A stretch of DNA of 64,000 nucleotides from Octopus vulgaris (taxonomy: Eukaryota). A model generated the notes under the pieces. That model was not told the origin of the DNA. It saw only the letters and a list, made by a program, of their open reading frames with translations, and made no database searches. Positions 1-13,457 of the stretch are shown piece by piece. Within the stretch, counting starts at the first letter, position 1. Every line of letters begins with the position of its first letter. A program made the position numbers and the translations under genes. The stretch is taken from contig OX597838.1 in assembly GCA_951406725.2 (NCBI GenBank), positions 42,036,001 to 42,100,000 on the forward strand, written 5' to 3'.

Positions 1-122
1 TGCTGTGCAAATGTTAGGACAAAAATCACTCACTTTTCAGTGGCTCAGTACTTTATCAGCTTGGCCATCAGAGTACTCTTTTAGTACTTTGTCAACTTGG
101 CATTTTTCTTTGACAAACTATT

Positions 123-500
123 CATCATCATCGTCTTTTCTTTAAGACAGATTTTCTACGGTTGGATGCACTTCCTGTCATCAACCCTCACCTGTTTACA
201 ATTAAGGTCATATTTCCCCACAGCCAGACATGTTTCATGGAAGATTAGAAACTTATATGATGGTGACACTCGTTTACAACCGTTATGTGATGTCGAGACA
301 AGGATGGAAGCGCGCGCACACACACACACACACACACACGTATGTGTGAGTGAGAGGCTTGCTTCTGTTCCTCTCTGCCAAATCCACTCCCAAGGCTTTG
401 GTCATCGTGGGGCTATAGTAGAAGACACTTGCTTAAGGTGTTGTGCAGTGGGATTGAACCTGAGACCACATGGCTAGGAAGTACGCCTCTCCACCACACA
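123..500 (-). mobile_element. Composite SINE (tRNA-like head, (CA)n, body, RTE-like 3' tail)
   Basis: Collinear with copies near 23768-24135, 42915-43310, 61690-61940 and 61997-62310. Confidence 0.7.
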
Positions 501-899
501 CTCACCCCTGTCTTCACCTTTTCACCTACATGTCTCTCCTTCCATAAATGTTGCAGGTTTACCATTCATTTGATGGCATTTAGAAGATCCGAGTTAATAC
601 AATTTGTTCTCGGGCATTAAAATCCCCTTTATTGTTTGTTTTAATCTACGTAATCTAAATCTTTAATCTTTAATGCCTCTTCCTCTTTCTTACACTTCAA
701 TTGTCTTGCAATCTCTCTCTCTCCAATCCCTTGTTCTGGAATGATCTCTGACCGATTTGAATAATTTCATGAAATCCCAGTTATTTCAGTTGTTTCCAGT
801 CTTCTACTGTGTCTGTTGCAAATTGTTAAACTCCTCATTGGCTCAGTCCACATGGCTGTAAACAGGTATAATGAGTAGTGTTGAATTAGTACATATTTC

Positions 900-1299
900 G
901 GATCTTTTCGGTTTTGAACGGCAGTTTTTTCGAGCGGTGTCAATAATTATGACCCTAGTATTGATCTATTGCATTTCAATCTATTTTAGGGTTAGGGGTG
1001 GGGGGGGGGGAAGGGTATCTTTTTTTTTTCAGGAATGTAAATAAACCCAATCTGTTTCTTAAACGAGGGACATATTCATACGGCACAGAATGTTTTTTAC
1101 CTCAATAGACGTCACTGATTGATTGAAATTGCAGAAATTGAAGAAAAATAACAACATATCTTACAAACCATAGAATTTTCTCAATAAAGCCATGAGAAAA
1201 AGATGTTTTATAAACAACATTCTACCAGTATACGAAGTTTAAAATTTTTTAGTTACGTGGAAATTATGTTAAAAACTGCCGTTCAAACTGAAAAGATCC
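900..1299. mobile_element. Non-autonomous DNA transposon (MITE), about 30-bp TIRs starting GGATCTTTTCGG, 8-bp TSD; copy 1
   Basis: Ends GGATCTTTTCGGTTTTGAACGGCAGTTTTT and AAAAACTGCCGTTCAAACTGAAAAGATCC. Flanks catatttc/cgtatttc (1 mismatch). Confidence 0.9.
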
Positions 1300-4225
1300 C
1301 GTATTTCTTTCATTGCAGTGCTGTGTTGAAGTATTTTTAAGGGGCTGGGATCAGTATGTGTCCCCAGTTTCATTTCATTGTCTATATCACCATTTCAACA
1401 AGAGAGTTTCTCTGATTGCTTGTCTCCCTAGAAATAGCAGCCAAACTTCTCTTACAATGGTAAAGTGGACATTAAAAGCACATCTTATTAGACAATGTCG
1501 TATAGATATATGATGCCATTGCAAAAAAAAAAAAAAAGGTCCTTGCTGGCATCATTTTGATCATGGTTCTGCTCAAAACAACAGTTATCATCACAATTGG
1601 AATAATGTTGTTGTTGATGTTAAGGTTAAATATTATTTGGTTTTCATTTTAAAATTTTATAAATATTTTCCCAAATTGTTCAAATGCCAGCCATAAAATT
1701 TCATTCGATCAACTTTCTTCAGACATTTCAAAATAGTTTTGTTCCAGTTTTACATGGTCTAAATATTTATCCGTTTTATTACAACAACCAAGTTTGAGGG
1801 TAGGCGTGGGGTGGATTGGGGAGTTTGTGATAAATGGTTAAAACAAAAAGCTCTCTTGTGATGTGATCTGCAAAATTTCTGTGAAGAATTGTAAATTTTG
1901 TCAGAAAATTTCCTCTCCTATGTGAGACCTTGAATAATATTACTGCTGTTGTTGGCCAAGGAATATGGTATCTGAAAAGTTTTCTATTAGATTAATGCCA
2001 GGACAAAGTCAGATTTAGAGATAAAATGTCAAAATGTTTATTGGGTATTTGGAAAGAATTTTAGACAACAAAATAACTATTGGTCATTTGACAAAATCTC
2101 AGAACTGTAGGCTCTTAGATATAAAATAATGTCCTACACAAACTCATCTTCTTCAGATCAAAACAGTAAAACTGAAATATTCTGGAATGTTTTTTTTAAT
2201 GTTTTTAGTTTTGTTTCTTTGTGACTTTGTAGTTTTGTGGTGGATTTTGTGTCATCTGTTTCTAATAATACTGATTTTTATTCAATATTCATTGTGGCTA
2301 TTATTATTATTATTATCATTGATAAACCAACGGGAATTTGAGCTTTGATAATTCAGATTCACCTCATTTCAAATCTTGTGAATTTCATTGTCACAAATTC
2401 AAGAATTGTACATTTTTTTGTTTGTTTTGTCAACAAGTTCATCTCTAATGCCAAACTGAATTCTATCACCTCTGTATACCGTTCAAAGTTGAGTGTTAAT
2501 AGGCTACAAGTGTGCTTAATTAAGGTAATATTGCATCTAAAGTCTTTTATAAGATTAAAGCCAGGATTAAGATGGATTTAGAGATAAAATACCAAATTGT
2601 CAGTTGAGTATTTGGAAAGAATGCTTGACCAGAAAATTTTTGAGAGTTTGATCAAATCTTGGGATGATTTGATCAAATTGCCAGACTCGAATGCAGGCAA
2701 TCCAGTGGATGACTCAACTGTAGCAGATGTAATTAAATGAAGATTACTGTTGATCCGTGGACGGTTGAAAGTATTGTCCAAGGATGAGGGACAAATCAGT
2801 CCAGACAAATTATGGCATGGAGTAAGAGATGAAGTCCAAATGAAAATGGCTGTATTAGTTAATACTGTAGTGTTTTCTTGTTTTAAAAAGTAATTTTAAT
2901 GGAAGAATAAAGTAAGGGTAGTGTACGAGGAATGAGACTGCAAAAGCAAAATATGTCTTTAACAGCAGAAGAGAGAGAGAGAGAGACAGGCACCAGTGTC
3001 ACTGCAGAAAGAATTCTACTGCATGTAGAGACTGTTCCTTGTGCATTCCTTGTACTCAGATGGCAACTCCTGCTTCCAGGAAACGAAGGGAGAACTCCCT
3101 GCACACAAATGGTACCATCTTCGTTTCCCATCTCATCTGCTGCCTCAGCTCATAGAATCACATGTAGACATTGGTTTCTGTATCACGTGTAACTCTAGGC
3201 AAATAACAGACACAATTGTAATTTTAAATGTCATTTCTTTTTAACGCTGTCCAAAGAACTGAGGCTATGATACCTTGTGGCCTAAACCCTGGCCACCAAA
3301 ATCTAAGAAACCTTGAGTCAAAATTTTGATGGAAGACTTACAAAGAATAGCAATCTTTTATTTTTAGTGTCACTTTTCTATAGAAAAAGTCTTTTATTTT
3401 ATTGTTTCAAGTTAAACTTTTGATTGTTTATGTTTAGAAAATGTAGTTAAAAAACCAGTTTTTATTGGAATATATCCTACATTGGAGATGAGTTCCTGGC
3501 AATGAGAGTAAATCCTGTCTGATCCTCTTTCGTAGCCCATCAAATGTTTGTCAAAATTCAGCTGAGGTCAAACATGAGTTTCACCTGAGACCTTCAGGTA
3601 TTCCATGATGATAATAATAACATTAACAATGAGTAAAACTTGATTTTCTAAGCTCGAGGAGAGATGTTTGACTTGTACTGTTTTGCTTTTGTATTTGGAT
3701 GCATGGGACGAAGCACATTAACACCGGCTGCACACTTTGCATAACACCAACACGTGCTGATCGTGCTTCTTTGTTGCTACTAACATATTTTATACTGAAA
3801 TGCATTCACAGGTGTCTGGCTACACACCATCATAAAGACACACACACACACACACACCTGTTTGGGAGACCAACAACCAAATTATTATTTAATGATTTTA
3901 GAAAGAATTCTTTCCTTCTGTTAACCCTTTTGATGCCAACCCACCTGTGACCACTTCTGGTTCTCTAATCCAAGCTTGCTGTGATCCAAATTAAAATTTC
4001 ATGTTGTTCCAAACATCAGCTTAAATAACAACAAAGTTATTAAATTCTTTAGTATTTTCAAAATTAATTGAAACAAAGGGAGATCGTTTCAAAAGAAATA
4101 TTGTAACAAAAGGGGTTCTTTTTTTTGTGTGTTTGTATAAGGGACCATATGGGAGTTAGGTAGCCATCACTGTGTGGATTGTTTAATATCCTTTGAAAGC
4201 ATAAAATTTGTGTTACTTAGAAGCC

Positions 4226-4420
4226 ACAGGACTTCCTCGTGGACAGGACTTCCTCGGGGACAGGACTTCCTCGCGGACAGGACTTCCTCGGGGACAGGAC
4301 TTCCTCGGGGACAGGACTTCTTCGGGGACAGGACTTCCTCGGGGACAGGACTTCCTCGGGGACAGGACTTCCTCGGGGACAGGACTTCCTCGGGGACAGG
4401 ACTTCCTCGGGGACCGGACT
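4226..4420. repeat. GC-rich minisatellite, 17-bp unit ACAGGACTTCCTCGGGG, about 11.5 copies
   Basis: Direct reading. Explains the three overlapping periodic ORFs at 4174-4706. Confidence 0.95.
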
Positions 4421-7266
4421 GTCTCCTTCTCCAGTCTTTGGACTTTTGCTTGAGAGCCTCCAGCTTTTTATTCTCTCACATCTTCATTGTGTGGCTGAAT
4501 GGTTGACTTTTGCTTTGCAACCAGGAGTTCCTTGGATCAATCTCAGTGCGTGGCATCCTGAAAAAATGTCGTTTCCTACTATCAGGTTGACCCATAACTT
4601 TGGGAGTGAAATTGGGCAGATGGAAACTGTTCTGAAGCCCATTGGGTGGGGGGATTTTAGCTGGAATTCAAAAGGTATGGCTCTGTGTCATGTTAATTCA
4701 GCCTGACAGTATCCATTGAGGATACTTGCGTGTCTGTGGTATATTCAGCCAGTTTGTACCTTAATTCAAGGGCAGGTAATTCAGTCAAACACTTGAATCC
4801 TCTCTGTCAAATGGAGAGCTGTCATTCTAGGTTTGACTACATGCGTAACAATAAATATTGTCTTTTGAGAGTCAGAAAACTTCTATAAACTGAGGTTATC
4901 TTAGCAATTGGTAGACAAAAACTCCCTCTTGAGGGGCTTAACAGTTAAAGCAAAGAAACAAGGGGAATAACTTCAATAGATTAAAATTGAAATTTTTGGA
5001 ACCAATATAGGAAGTGGGTGGGTGTGCTCTTTTAAGATAATTGGTGGAAGGTAGATGTTTCAGTCTTATTAGATCTCCTCAGCAGAGCATATTTTACTTC
5101 TGTTTATATAAAAATAGTTTGGTTTTGTGTGTAAATGTGTATTTTTTTAGTGTTTTATTAGGTTTTTATTTTTTCATTAAAGCTTTTGTTCTTTTTATTC
5201 TGTTTTCTTTTTGTTAAACTTTTATTTTTGTTTGTCTTCAAATGACAATGACAGCTACATATGTTTGTGTGGACATCATGCCTATTATTATAAATATATT
5301 TCTTTAAGAGCCTTTTCTGAGACCAAGGACCATGGCAAGTGAGGGGCATCTTCTATATGGTTGCCATACATGCTTGAAATAACAGCCAAGTCTTTCTCAA
5401 CTCAAACCCTATCATCTTAATTAAACAAGGAGGGACACATTGAACAGTATAGTCCTAGATACCCTTAAAAACATGGGATGGCCATTGTTTTAGGGACCCT
5501 TTCACCATAGGTTTGCTTACCTTTAATTTATGCAGCTATTTACATATCAGTGCATTTGTTAGCATTATATATATCATCATCATCATCATCATCATCATCT
5601 AACAACCGTTTTCCATGCTGGCATGGGTTGGACGACTTCACAGGAATTGGCAAGGCTGGAGGGCTGCACCAAGTCCCATGGTCTGTATTGGATTGGTTTC
5701 TACAGCCGGATTCCCTTCCTGGGTGCTTTTTACATGGCACCAACACTTCTCATGTGACACCTCGGTTTTAGGATCACTGTTCTGTTGTGGTGGGCAGATC
5801 TTCTGTTAACTGATATTTGTGGATAAGTCATAAATTTGCAAGGTATGAGCCAGGTTGTTGTTGTTGTTGTTGTCGTCGTCCCTGCTGCTTTCATGACTGA
5901 AGATGTGTGAAATAAGAAATCCCTTATTTGAAAAACTGATAAGGGTTAGAAACAGGAAGGGCACCCAACTGTAAAACAATGAGATATTCCTAACCCATGT
6001 CAGCGTAGAAAACCAAATGGCTGTAAGATGGAATGTATGGCGTCATTTTACCTGTTTCTCTTTCTGAATATGTGTTTGTCTCTTTTCATACAATAAATAA
6101 TAACTTTATAAAGTCTTATGTTGACATCATCACGGGGAAACGTATTCATTATTTATATTTTAAAGATTTCAAATATTTAGTTTTTGTTAAGAAAATCTTT
6201 GAGCTACGTTGCTTAATCAGTTTGCTGTTCCATTTTTTTCTGATCCACCAAAGCAGATTAACACCAGCTACAGCCGAATATTTTGTTTTCATTTTTCTTC
6301 TCCAATCAAAGATGGTTTGGTAAAATATTCTTCTTTGCTTGGTTTTGTTTTTTGTTTTATTTCATGCACCCCACTTACTAATACTAATATTTTGTTTTGT
6401 TTTTTACTTTGATGTATTTTTAATTTAATGAATTTTAGTTTAAAAATTGGTATTTTAAAATTATATTTATATATGTGATGTATGTGTAAACTGTGTGTGA
6501 CTAATCTACACATTGAAATAATGTTTAAATATATTTTTGTATTTGAAGCCCTTTAAAAACCTGTTCCCAGATTTCTGTTGAAATACTTTTGATTCGATTA
6601 ATTTTGAAAATAATGAAGAATTTAATGAGTGTTAAGTTGGTTCTTCCATCACAAGAAATTCTGATGGAAGGAGGTTCTGATTCAGGTCACTTAAAAACAG
6701 AAAGTATCATAGATATCAGGGGTGGTCACATGTGGATTGATATCAAAAGAGTTAAATTTAGTTTTTTCGACATGTACTTGTGTACACACATTACCTGTTG
6801 ATTAGTTATTTCTATGAAGCAGGTGATTCGCTCATATTTTGATGCTGTTTTACTCTAATAACACAAATGGTGCTGATGATGGCCAACCAGTTAGAAATGC
6901 ATTCACTGATTCCATTAGAAGCCGTCTTGAAATGCCTGTTGGAGTATTTCAACACCAATGGCCTTCAGTGAGAAATGTTCTCAACAGCAAATTAGTGAAT
7001 CTGGCCTCTGTACAAGTCAAATTACGTCCCAAACCCTTTGGAGCACATCTAAAGACAAATATAGTTAATTATGTATAAAACTGTTGATTAATCAGCCAAG
7101 TCTATAACACAGCTGCATTTGCCATTTTGGTAGTTTTAAGTTCTTACACAATACATAGATATTACATACATGCGTACATGACTTTATACATACATGTATG
7201 AATTCACGTCTGTATGACTCTATGTATTAATACAATTATCTGGATATATTTTATATGTCTGGTGTA

Positions 7267-7505
7267 TCATCATCATTTAGCGTCCGCTTTCCATGCTGGC
7301 ATGGGTTGGACGGTTCAACTGGGGTCTGGGAAGCCAGAAGGCTGCATAAGGCCCAGTCTGATCTTGCAGTGTTTCTATAGCTGGATGCCCTTCCTAACGC
7401 CAACCACTCCGTGAGTGTAGTGGGTGCTTTTTACGTGCCACCGGAGGCTGGCAAATGGCCACGATCGGATGGTGCTTTTTACGTGCCACCAGCACGGGGA
7501 CCAGA
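7267..7505 (-). mobile_element. RTE-LINE 3' end fragment with (GAT)n tail
   Basis: catcatcatttagcgtccgctttccatgctggcatgggttggacgg...ctggatgcccttcctaacgccaaccac. Further copies near 5573, 16690-16975, 20067, 29277-29458, 30860-31172, 48512, 51115 and 60095-60350. Confidence 0.8.
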
Positions 7506-9019
7506 CGAAGCTGGTTATCTACACATGTATGTATGACTCTATGCAAGAGGCGGATCAACAAGAACAGAAGAAAAAAATACAAAACCAAAATGGCTCAAGT
7601 TTACTGGGGAAGAATCTTTTGCATTCACAGATTGGACTATTTAGAAATTTCTATCTGAGATCAGCCTTGGATCTATGATGCAAAATTGTTTCAAACTAAT
7701 CTAAATAAAAACCTCAATTTATGTTCCAACCACCAACATAATAAGGAAAAGTTATTTCAAAAAATCTTTCATTACACTGCCTTTGTCTCAGTTTTTAAAA
7801 GTATTTCATTTGAAATCTGGTAAGAAAGGAGTTGATGGTTTGGAGGAGTTAAACAGAAATAACAGCCTTATTTTTGTTGTCTCCCGACATTCCAATTTCA
7901 GATTCTGTTAATATTTTATAAAAATAATAATTACTGAATTCCTGTTAGCATTTTCAACCTCTACAAATAGTGACCTGGTGCCTAACCAGAAGAAAAACCA
8001 TTTAAGGCCAAGGGTGGGGGAAATAAGTTCTGGTTAGAAACTGTGTGCATTTCTGAGGTAAAAAAAGTGGGTGTTTGGCCCCAGGAGCCCACGAAGTTCC
8101 TAAGGGGTGTTTGTCATTTAACGAAGGATTAATAACACATTGGATCAACATTAGCACACTTCCAGAAACATTTCCCTGGTAACTATTACTGATAGCCGGG
8201 GCCCAGCTGCTGCAATAGATTTGGACCAAATATCCTTTACAAATGTCCATAAGACATGTTATCCCAGCACAAGATGAATACCACAACAGCAACTTGCATC
8301 TTGTATTTTACATAAAATGTTACACACACACACACAACAGAAAGGGATTTAGGAAATTTGGATGGATACCTCAGTCAGCATTCATTTAATCCCCAGATGA
8401 ACATTCTGTGCAAACTTTTGGCCTGTCAGGATTAGTGGCATTGATTTATTTACCAAATGAAAGAGATTGCTACGTCCCAGATCTTTGGTATTTTCCATCA
8501 ACTGAAATATCTCCAAAATGGAATAAAAATTCAGTTTTAATCCATCTGCCCCTCCCCCCATATACTTCAGTATTATTACTTTAATTGGTTCATAGAGATG
8601 CTTAGTGACCACCTTGTTGATTATTGGATGGCTTGGCATGTTTTTTATTTGTATAAACCAAAGTGTAAATTGATGAAATGGTTTGACTAAACCATTCCAC
8701 ATTTAATAAAGACCTGCAATGGGATCTTCCTCGTTCCTTACCAAACACATTGATAAATCAGCAGATTCTCTAGAAAACAAAACATTTTTATCTAAAAGCA
8801 GATCCTGTCCTTGCCTGATTCTTTTCCTTCTTAGTCTATTGACGATTCCTCATAAAAATGAATAATTAAATATTTTAACAAGTAAAATATAAAACGAAAG
8901 TATTAAGTTTAAAAAAGAAAAAAAAAAAGAAGCATGTTAATGCTTTCTCATTCATCAAGCATTGATTTATTTCTGTAGGAAATTGGTAAAGCGCCGACAC
9001 TCTTATGTAGACAACTACA

Positions 9020-9055
<36 letters not shown>

Positions 9056-9107
9056 CACGTCAGCGTTGTACTTGTGTATATAATCGATCTTTTATTTTGC
9101 ATCTCAG

Positions 9108-9320
9108 AACTTTGATCCGAAAGTGGTGATGGAGGAGGTGAAGATGCTGACTGCAACCGTAGAGAAGTTGGACAAACGCATTGAAGAACTGGAGTCGAGG
9201 CTGGCAGCTCTTGAGTGTGATGAAGAAGGAGAAGAAGACGACAACAACGATAACGATGAAGGAGATAATAAGGATAAAAATGATGACGATGACAGCAAAG
9301 TTGATGACATGCCCAGCTAG
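9108..9320 (+). CDS. Terminal coding exon of a + strand gene, probably a coronin family member (C-terminal coiled coil plus acidic tail)
   Basis: Acceptor tttattttgcatctcag|AAC at 9107/9108. Reads NFDPKVVMEEVKMLTATVEKLDKRIEELESRLAALECDEEGEEDDNNDNDEGDNKDKNDDDDSKVDDMPS*, with TAG at 9318-9320. The heptad pattern with R-I-x-x-L-E resembles the coronin trimerisation coiled coil. No WD40 exons recognised in the window, so the family call is an inference. Confidence 0.6.
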   Translation, partial: NFDPKVVMEEVKMLTATVEKLDKRIEELESRLAALECDEEGEEDDNNDNDEGDNKDKNDDDDSKVDDMPS

Positions 9321-9386
9321 ACTGTTTGTTTTTAATTAACTGCTAAATGCCATGACAATATATCTATCTATATATATATATCTATA

Positions 9387-9417
<31 letters not shown>

Positions 9418-10375
9418 CATATATATATATATATATATGTGTATATATATGCACATTTACATATACAACCCCCATCACCCACTAAATGACAGGGGTAACC
9501 AAAAAAAAAAAGAGATAAATGATTCTTTTAAATTTCTAATTCTTTGTTTCTTCATTGCTCCCCCCCCCCTCCACCTGTTCATTGTTACAAACTCTTCTTC
9601 TCTCACATCACTCAATACAATCAGCAGTAAAACTACCCAAATGAGAGTTGTTAGCAAGTTAAGCCACATCTTTACCCACCCACCCACCTTAGACAAATGA
9701 GAAAAAAGACCCACCCCCCCACCCAATATTTTTAAAAATAATTTATCAATGTCTCTCCATCTTTCTTTCCTTCTCCCATTAAACCACTTTTATCTTTCTT
9801 CCTTATTTTCTTTTATATGATACACATAGTCTTTATACACTATATATAATATATACACACACACAGACTTAACCCATTTACATGTATATATTGTATAAAT
9901 ATGCAGCAAAGTTTCGGTCTACTCTCAAGCACGTATGTATATCTGGATATAATACATAAGTGTGTGTATGTGTATATTAAATGTTTAATGTGTGTGTGTA
10001 ATACATATATATGTATTATTTTACATAAAGTTGACAAATTTGAACTATCTTGTATAGCAACAAGACAAGTTTCAACATTTCAAATTTGCAAACTTTATTA
10101 AATGATTTTTATATAGTTTTTATTTTCATCTTTTAAGCACACACAATTTTAGAATATCATTTGAAAACAAAACAAAACCTACACAAGGGTAGACTAGATT
10201 TTCCTTTAATTCTTGTAAACACCTAAACATTATCCAGTTGCTCCTTTTCTTCTTTCTTTTTATTCATGAATGCAAGGAAGTCCTTCTTCAACAAAGAACA
10301 AACCCTCATTCTATTCACACTTTGTTTACAAAACTTTAAGATATGTACTTCACTCTCTCTCATTTATTTCAATGA

Positions 10376-10381
10376 AATAAA
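10376..10381 (+). promoter_or_regulatory. Candidate polyadenylation signal of the + strand gene
   Basis: AATAAA about 1.05 kb after the stop, following an AT/microsatellite-rich 3' UTR. Other AATAAA/ATTAAA hexamers lie nearby, so the choice is uncertain. Confidence 0.3.
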
Positions 10382-12355
10382 TGTGTGGGAGACATGTAAT
10401 CCCTTCAATCTCTCTCTCTCCCCCTCTATCTCTAAATGCATTGCACAGACTTTCATAAAACTCTATCATTCGATATTTGAGTTGGTTTCATTGAAATCTT
10501 TTTGTTGAATAATTTAAATTAGATTACACTCGAAACCATAAACCCTTCCTAGCAACACTAAGTTCTGGCTGGAAGCTTCTAAATCGTTGCTTTACCTGCT
10601 CAATATAACAACCAATTTCTAAGCTATCTTCAAAATGAAGGTCATATGTTAGGTCCAAAATCTCGATGATAATTCATTTGGAGGGGAATCGATGAGAGTC
10701 GGTAGAGCATCTCCTGAAACACTTTGCTGTGTTTAGTTCTGTTCTGACTTCAAGACTTTTCATCATCTTTACCTTTCAGCTTTACAAAGCCAAAGCAATG
10801 AGTACCAGTAATATGCTGAGAGGCAATTCAATTGATTCTATCCTTTATAAATTTTGTGGCCTTGGGCCAATAAAAGAAATCAATATTTGCATATTTAACA
10901 ACACACAGATTATATATATATATACATATATAACACACACATCTGTTTAGTGTTGGAAGAGAGTACTCAATACCAAAGTAGGGATTAATAACATTTTTAT
11001 TTTTGGTAGAATTGTTCTTTGGCTGAAGACCCTGTGTATCTGCAGGCAAAAACTCAGAGTAATAAGAGACGGACCTGACCAAAATATATATACACACACA
11101 CATATATACAAAAATACACGTCTGTTGGTGTAAAATAATCTTACCTACACCCAAGACAGAGACAATTTGATACATCTGCCCTCTTCACGACCATTTTTTA
11201 AAATATTTTTTTTTTCTTTTGAAGAAATAATAATAAAATATTTTGCTGGCTTTCAAAAGTTAGTTGATTCCATCAGTTTGTTCATTAAGCTAATTATGTT
11301 AATCAGTTAAACCTCACAAGTTTTTAACTCTACATTAATTACCTTGATTTGGAAATCCGATTTTAGATTTTACTGTTAAAAAAAAATTTTTTTTTTATTT
11401 TTTGGAGTAAAGCATGGCTGTAGGGTTAAGCAGCTTGCTTTGCAACCAAAGGGTTTTGGGTTCAGTCCCACTGTATGGCACCTCGAGCAAGTGTCTTCCA
11501 TATGCCTTTTGAGAAAATTTGGTAGGTGGAAACTGTGTTGATGCTCCATTGTGTATGTATGTGTATATACGTCTCCATACACCTACATGTGTGAGTTTGT
11601 TCTCCGCACCACCTGCGTTAGTTTATTTATACACCTGTAACAGTTCAACAAGGGACCAACAGAATAAGTACCAAGCTTAAGAGTCCTGGGGGTCGATTTG
11701 TGCGACTAAACCATTCGAGGCAGTGCCCCAACATGGCCACGGTTCAATGATTGTAAGTTTAAAAAAAAAAAAAGGCAAAACATATTTAAAATTTGACCAA
11801 ATTTGAAAACATTTCTCAAAAATTAAAAAAAAGCCAAACCCACACAGAAAAAAAAAAAAAAAACCAAATTGTTATATTTTAATTTTTTTTGTTTGTTTTT
11901 AATGGTGAGGTGAAGTGAAGAATGAACCAAGTAGAACAATAATCTGTTTTACTTTTCTTGGTGGTGGGAGATTTCGGGGGTTATTATAGAAAGTATTTAA
12001 TTTCTACACAAGGTACTATATTTATTTTATCATTTTTCCAGCCTCCCCCCCACACCCACTTGTGTACGTTTGTCTCCCCCCCCCCCGACCCAAAATACAT
12101 TTTACTGTTATTTCATTTTATGTCGTTTTCTTTCAAAATTCCACCTTCTCGCAGTCAAACCAAACCTGCTTTGAAATTGGTATTGCCAACACTGCCTGCA
12201 AAATTCCATTCTTTTAACACATCATGTCCGTATGGAAACCTAAAGAAAAAGAGAAAAGCAAACTTTTATTCATTGCATTATTCCATAATCTAATGAACAG
12301 AAAGATCTTTTACGAATTTATTGTATGTTTCTGCAAATATTTTCCCTCTTATATT

Positions 12356-12561
12356 CTTTTCTACTCTAGGCACAAGGCTCGAAATTTCTGGGGAGAGGGC
12401 CAGTTGATTAGATCGCCCCAGTACGCAACTGGTATTTAATTTATTGACTCCTGAAAGGATGAAAGGCAAAGTCGACCTTGGCAGAATTTGAACTCAGAAC
12501 GTAGCGGCAGATGAAATACCTCCAAGCATGCTAACGACTCTGCCAAGCTTGCTGCCTTTTG
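12356..12561 (-). mobile_element. SINE with 12-bp TSD
   Basis: TSD ccctcttatatt at 12344-12355 and 12562-12573. Same family as 34447-34665. Confidence 0.8.
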
Positions 12562-13457
12562 CCCTCTTATATTAAAATGCTTAAGACAGATTCCTGTGGC
12601 GTGAACAATCTGTCACATTGCAGAAAGGGGGATGGTAAGAGATTCAAACAGAGGCTATTGGTACGCACACAGGTGACACCTTAAAGTGGAATATACATGA
12701 AATCAGCTTAATATTCATTTAAACACATCAACATAGACTGTAAGCAAAGGTGTATTGGTCTAGTAGTTAAGCTGTTGTGCGCACACTGATAAGGTTGTGG
12801 TTTCAATTCTTGAACTGAGCAATACATTGTGTTCTTGAGCAAAACACTTCATTTCACATTGCTTCAGAAATGAGTTTCAAAAATAACTGGGCAGTTCACC
12901 CTGTGACAGACTAGCTTCTCGTTCAGATGGGGACAGTTGTAATTACCATGGAAACTGGGTTAAGTCTCAGTCTTATGAGATGTGGGGCACCCAACTGACC
13001 AACAATTATTGGTTTCAAATTTTGGCACAGGGCTAGCAATTTCGGGGGGAGAGTTGATTATATTGGCGCCCAGTACTCGACTGGTACTTAATTTGTCGAT
13101 CCCAAAAGGATGAAAAGCAACCATGGCAGAATCTGAACTAAAAACAAAGATGGACAAAATACTGCCAAGCTCCCCCCCCCCCCCAGCAATGCTATCGATT
13201 CTGCAAGCTCAACACTTTACAGGCCTCCATATATTGCCAAGGGTAGAGAATTGCTGTGAAGGGGCTCAGCACATGTCGTCTTTCATCCAGGCGACTTAGT
13301 GATGATGAATCACTATGTTGTGTACGAAAAGAATTGCATTTGGTTAATGCTGGGAAAGTCAGGAACCGGAATTTGTAGGGGGGGGGGGGCGAGAAGTAAA
13401 AGAAAACTGAGTGAGAGAAAGAAGAGAAAAGTTTTAGAAACTAAATCAGTTTTGCTT

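Noticed and set aside
4174-4706. Three overlapping repetitive ORFs, or a CRISPR-like array
   Set aside because: A pure 17-bp tandem repeat without spacers, in eukaryotic DNA.
7960-8860. Possible degraded transposon or coding relic
   Set aside because: No recognisable motif, TIR or TSD could be established by eye.
11415-11520. tRNA gene-like A/B boxes here and in other SINE heads
   Set aside because: No complete cloverleaf, and each continues into SINE body sequence.
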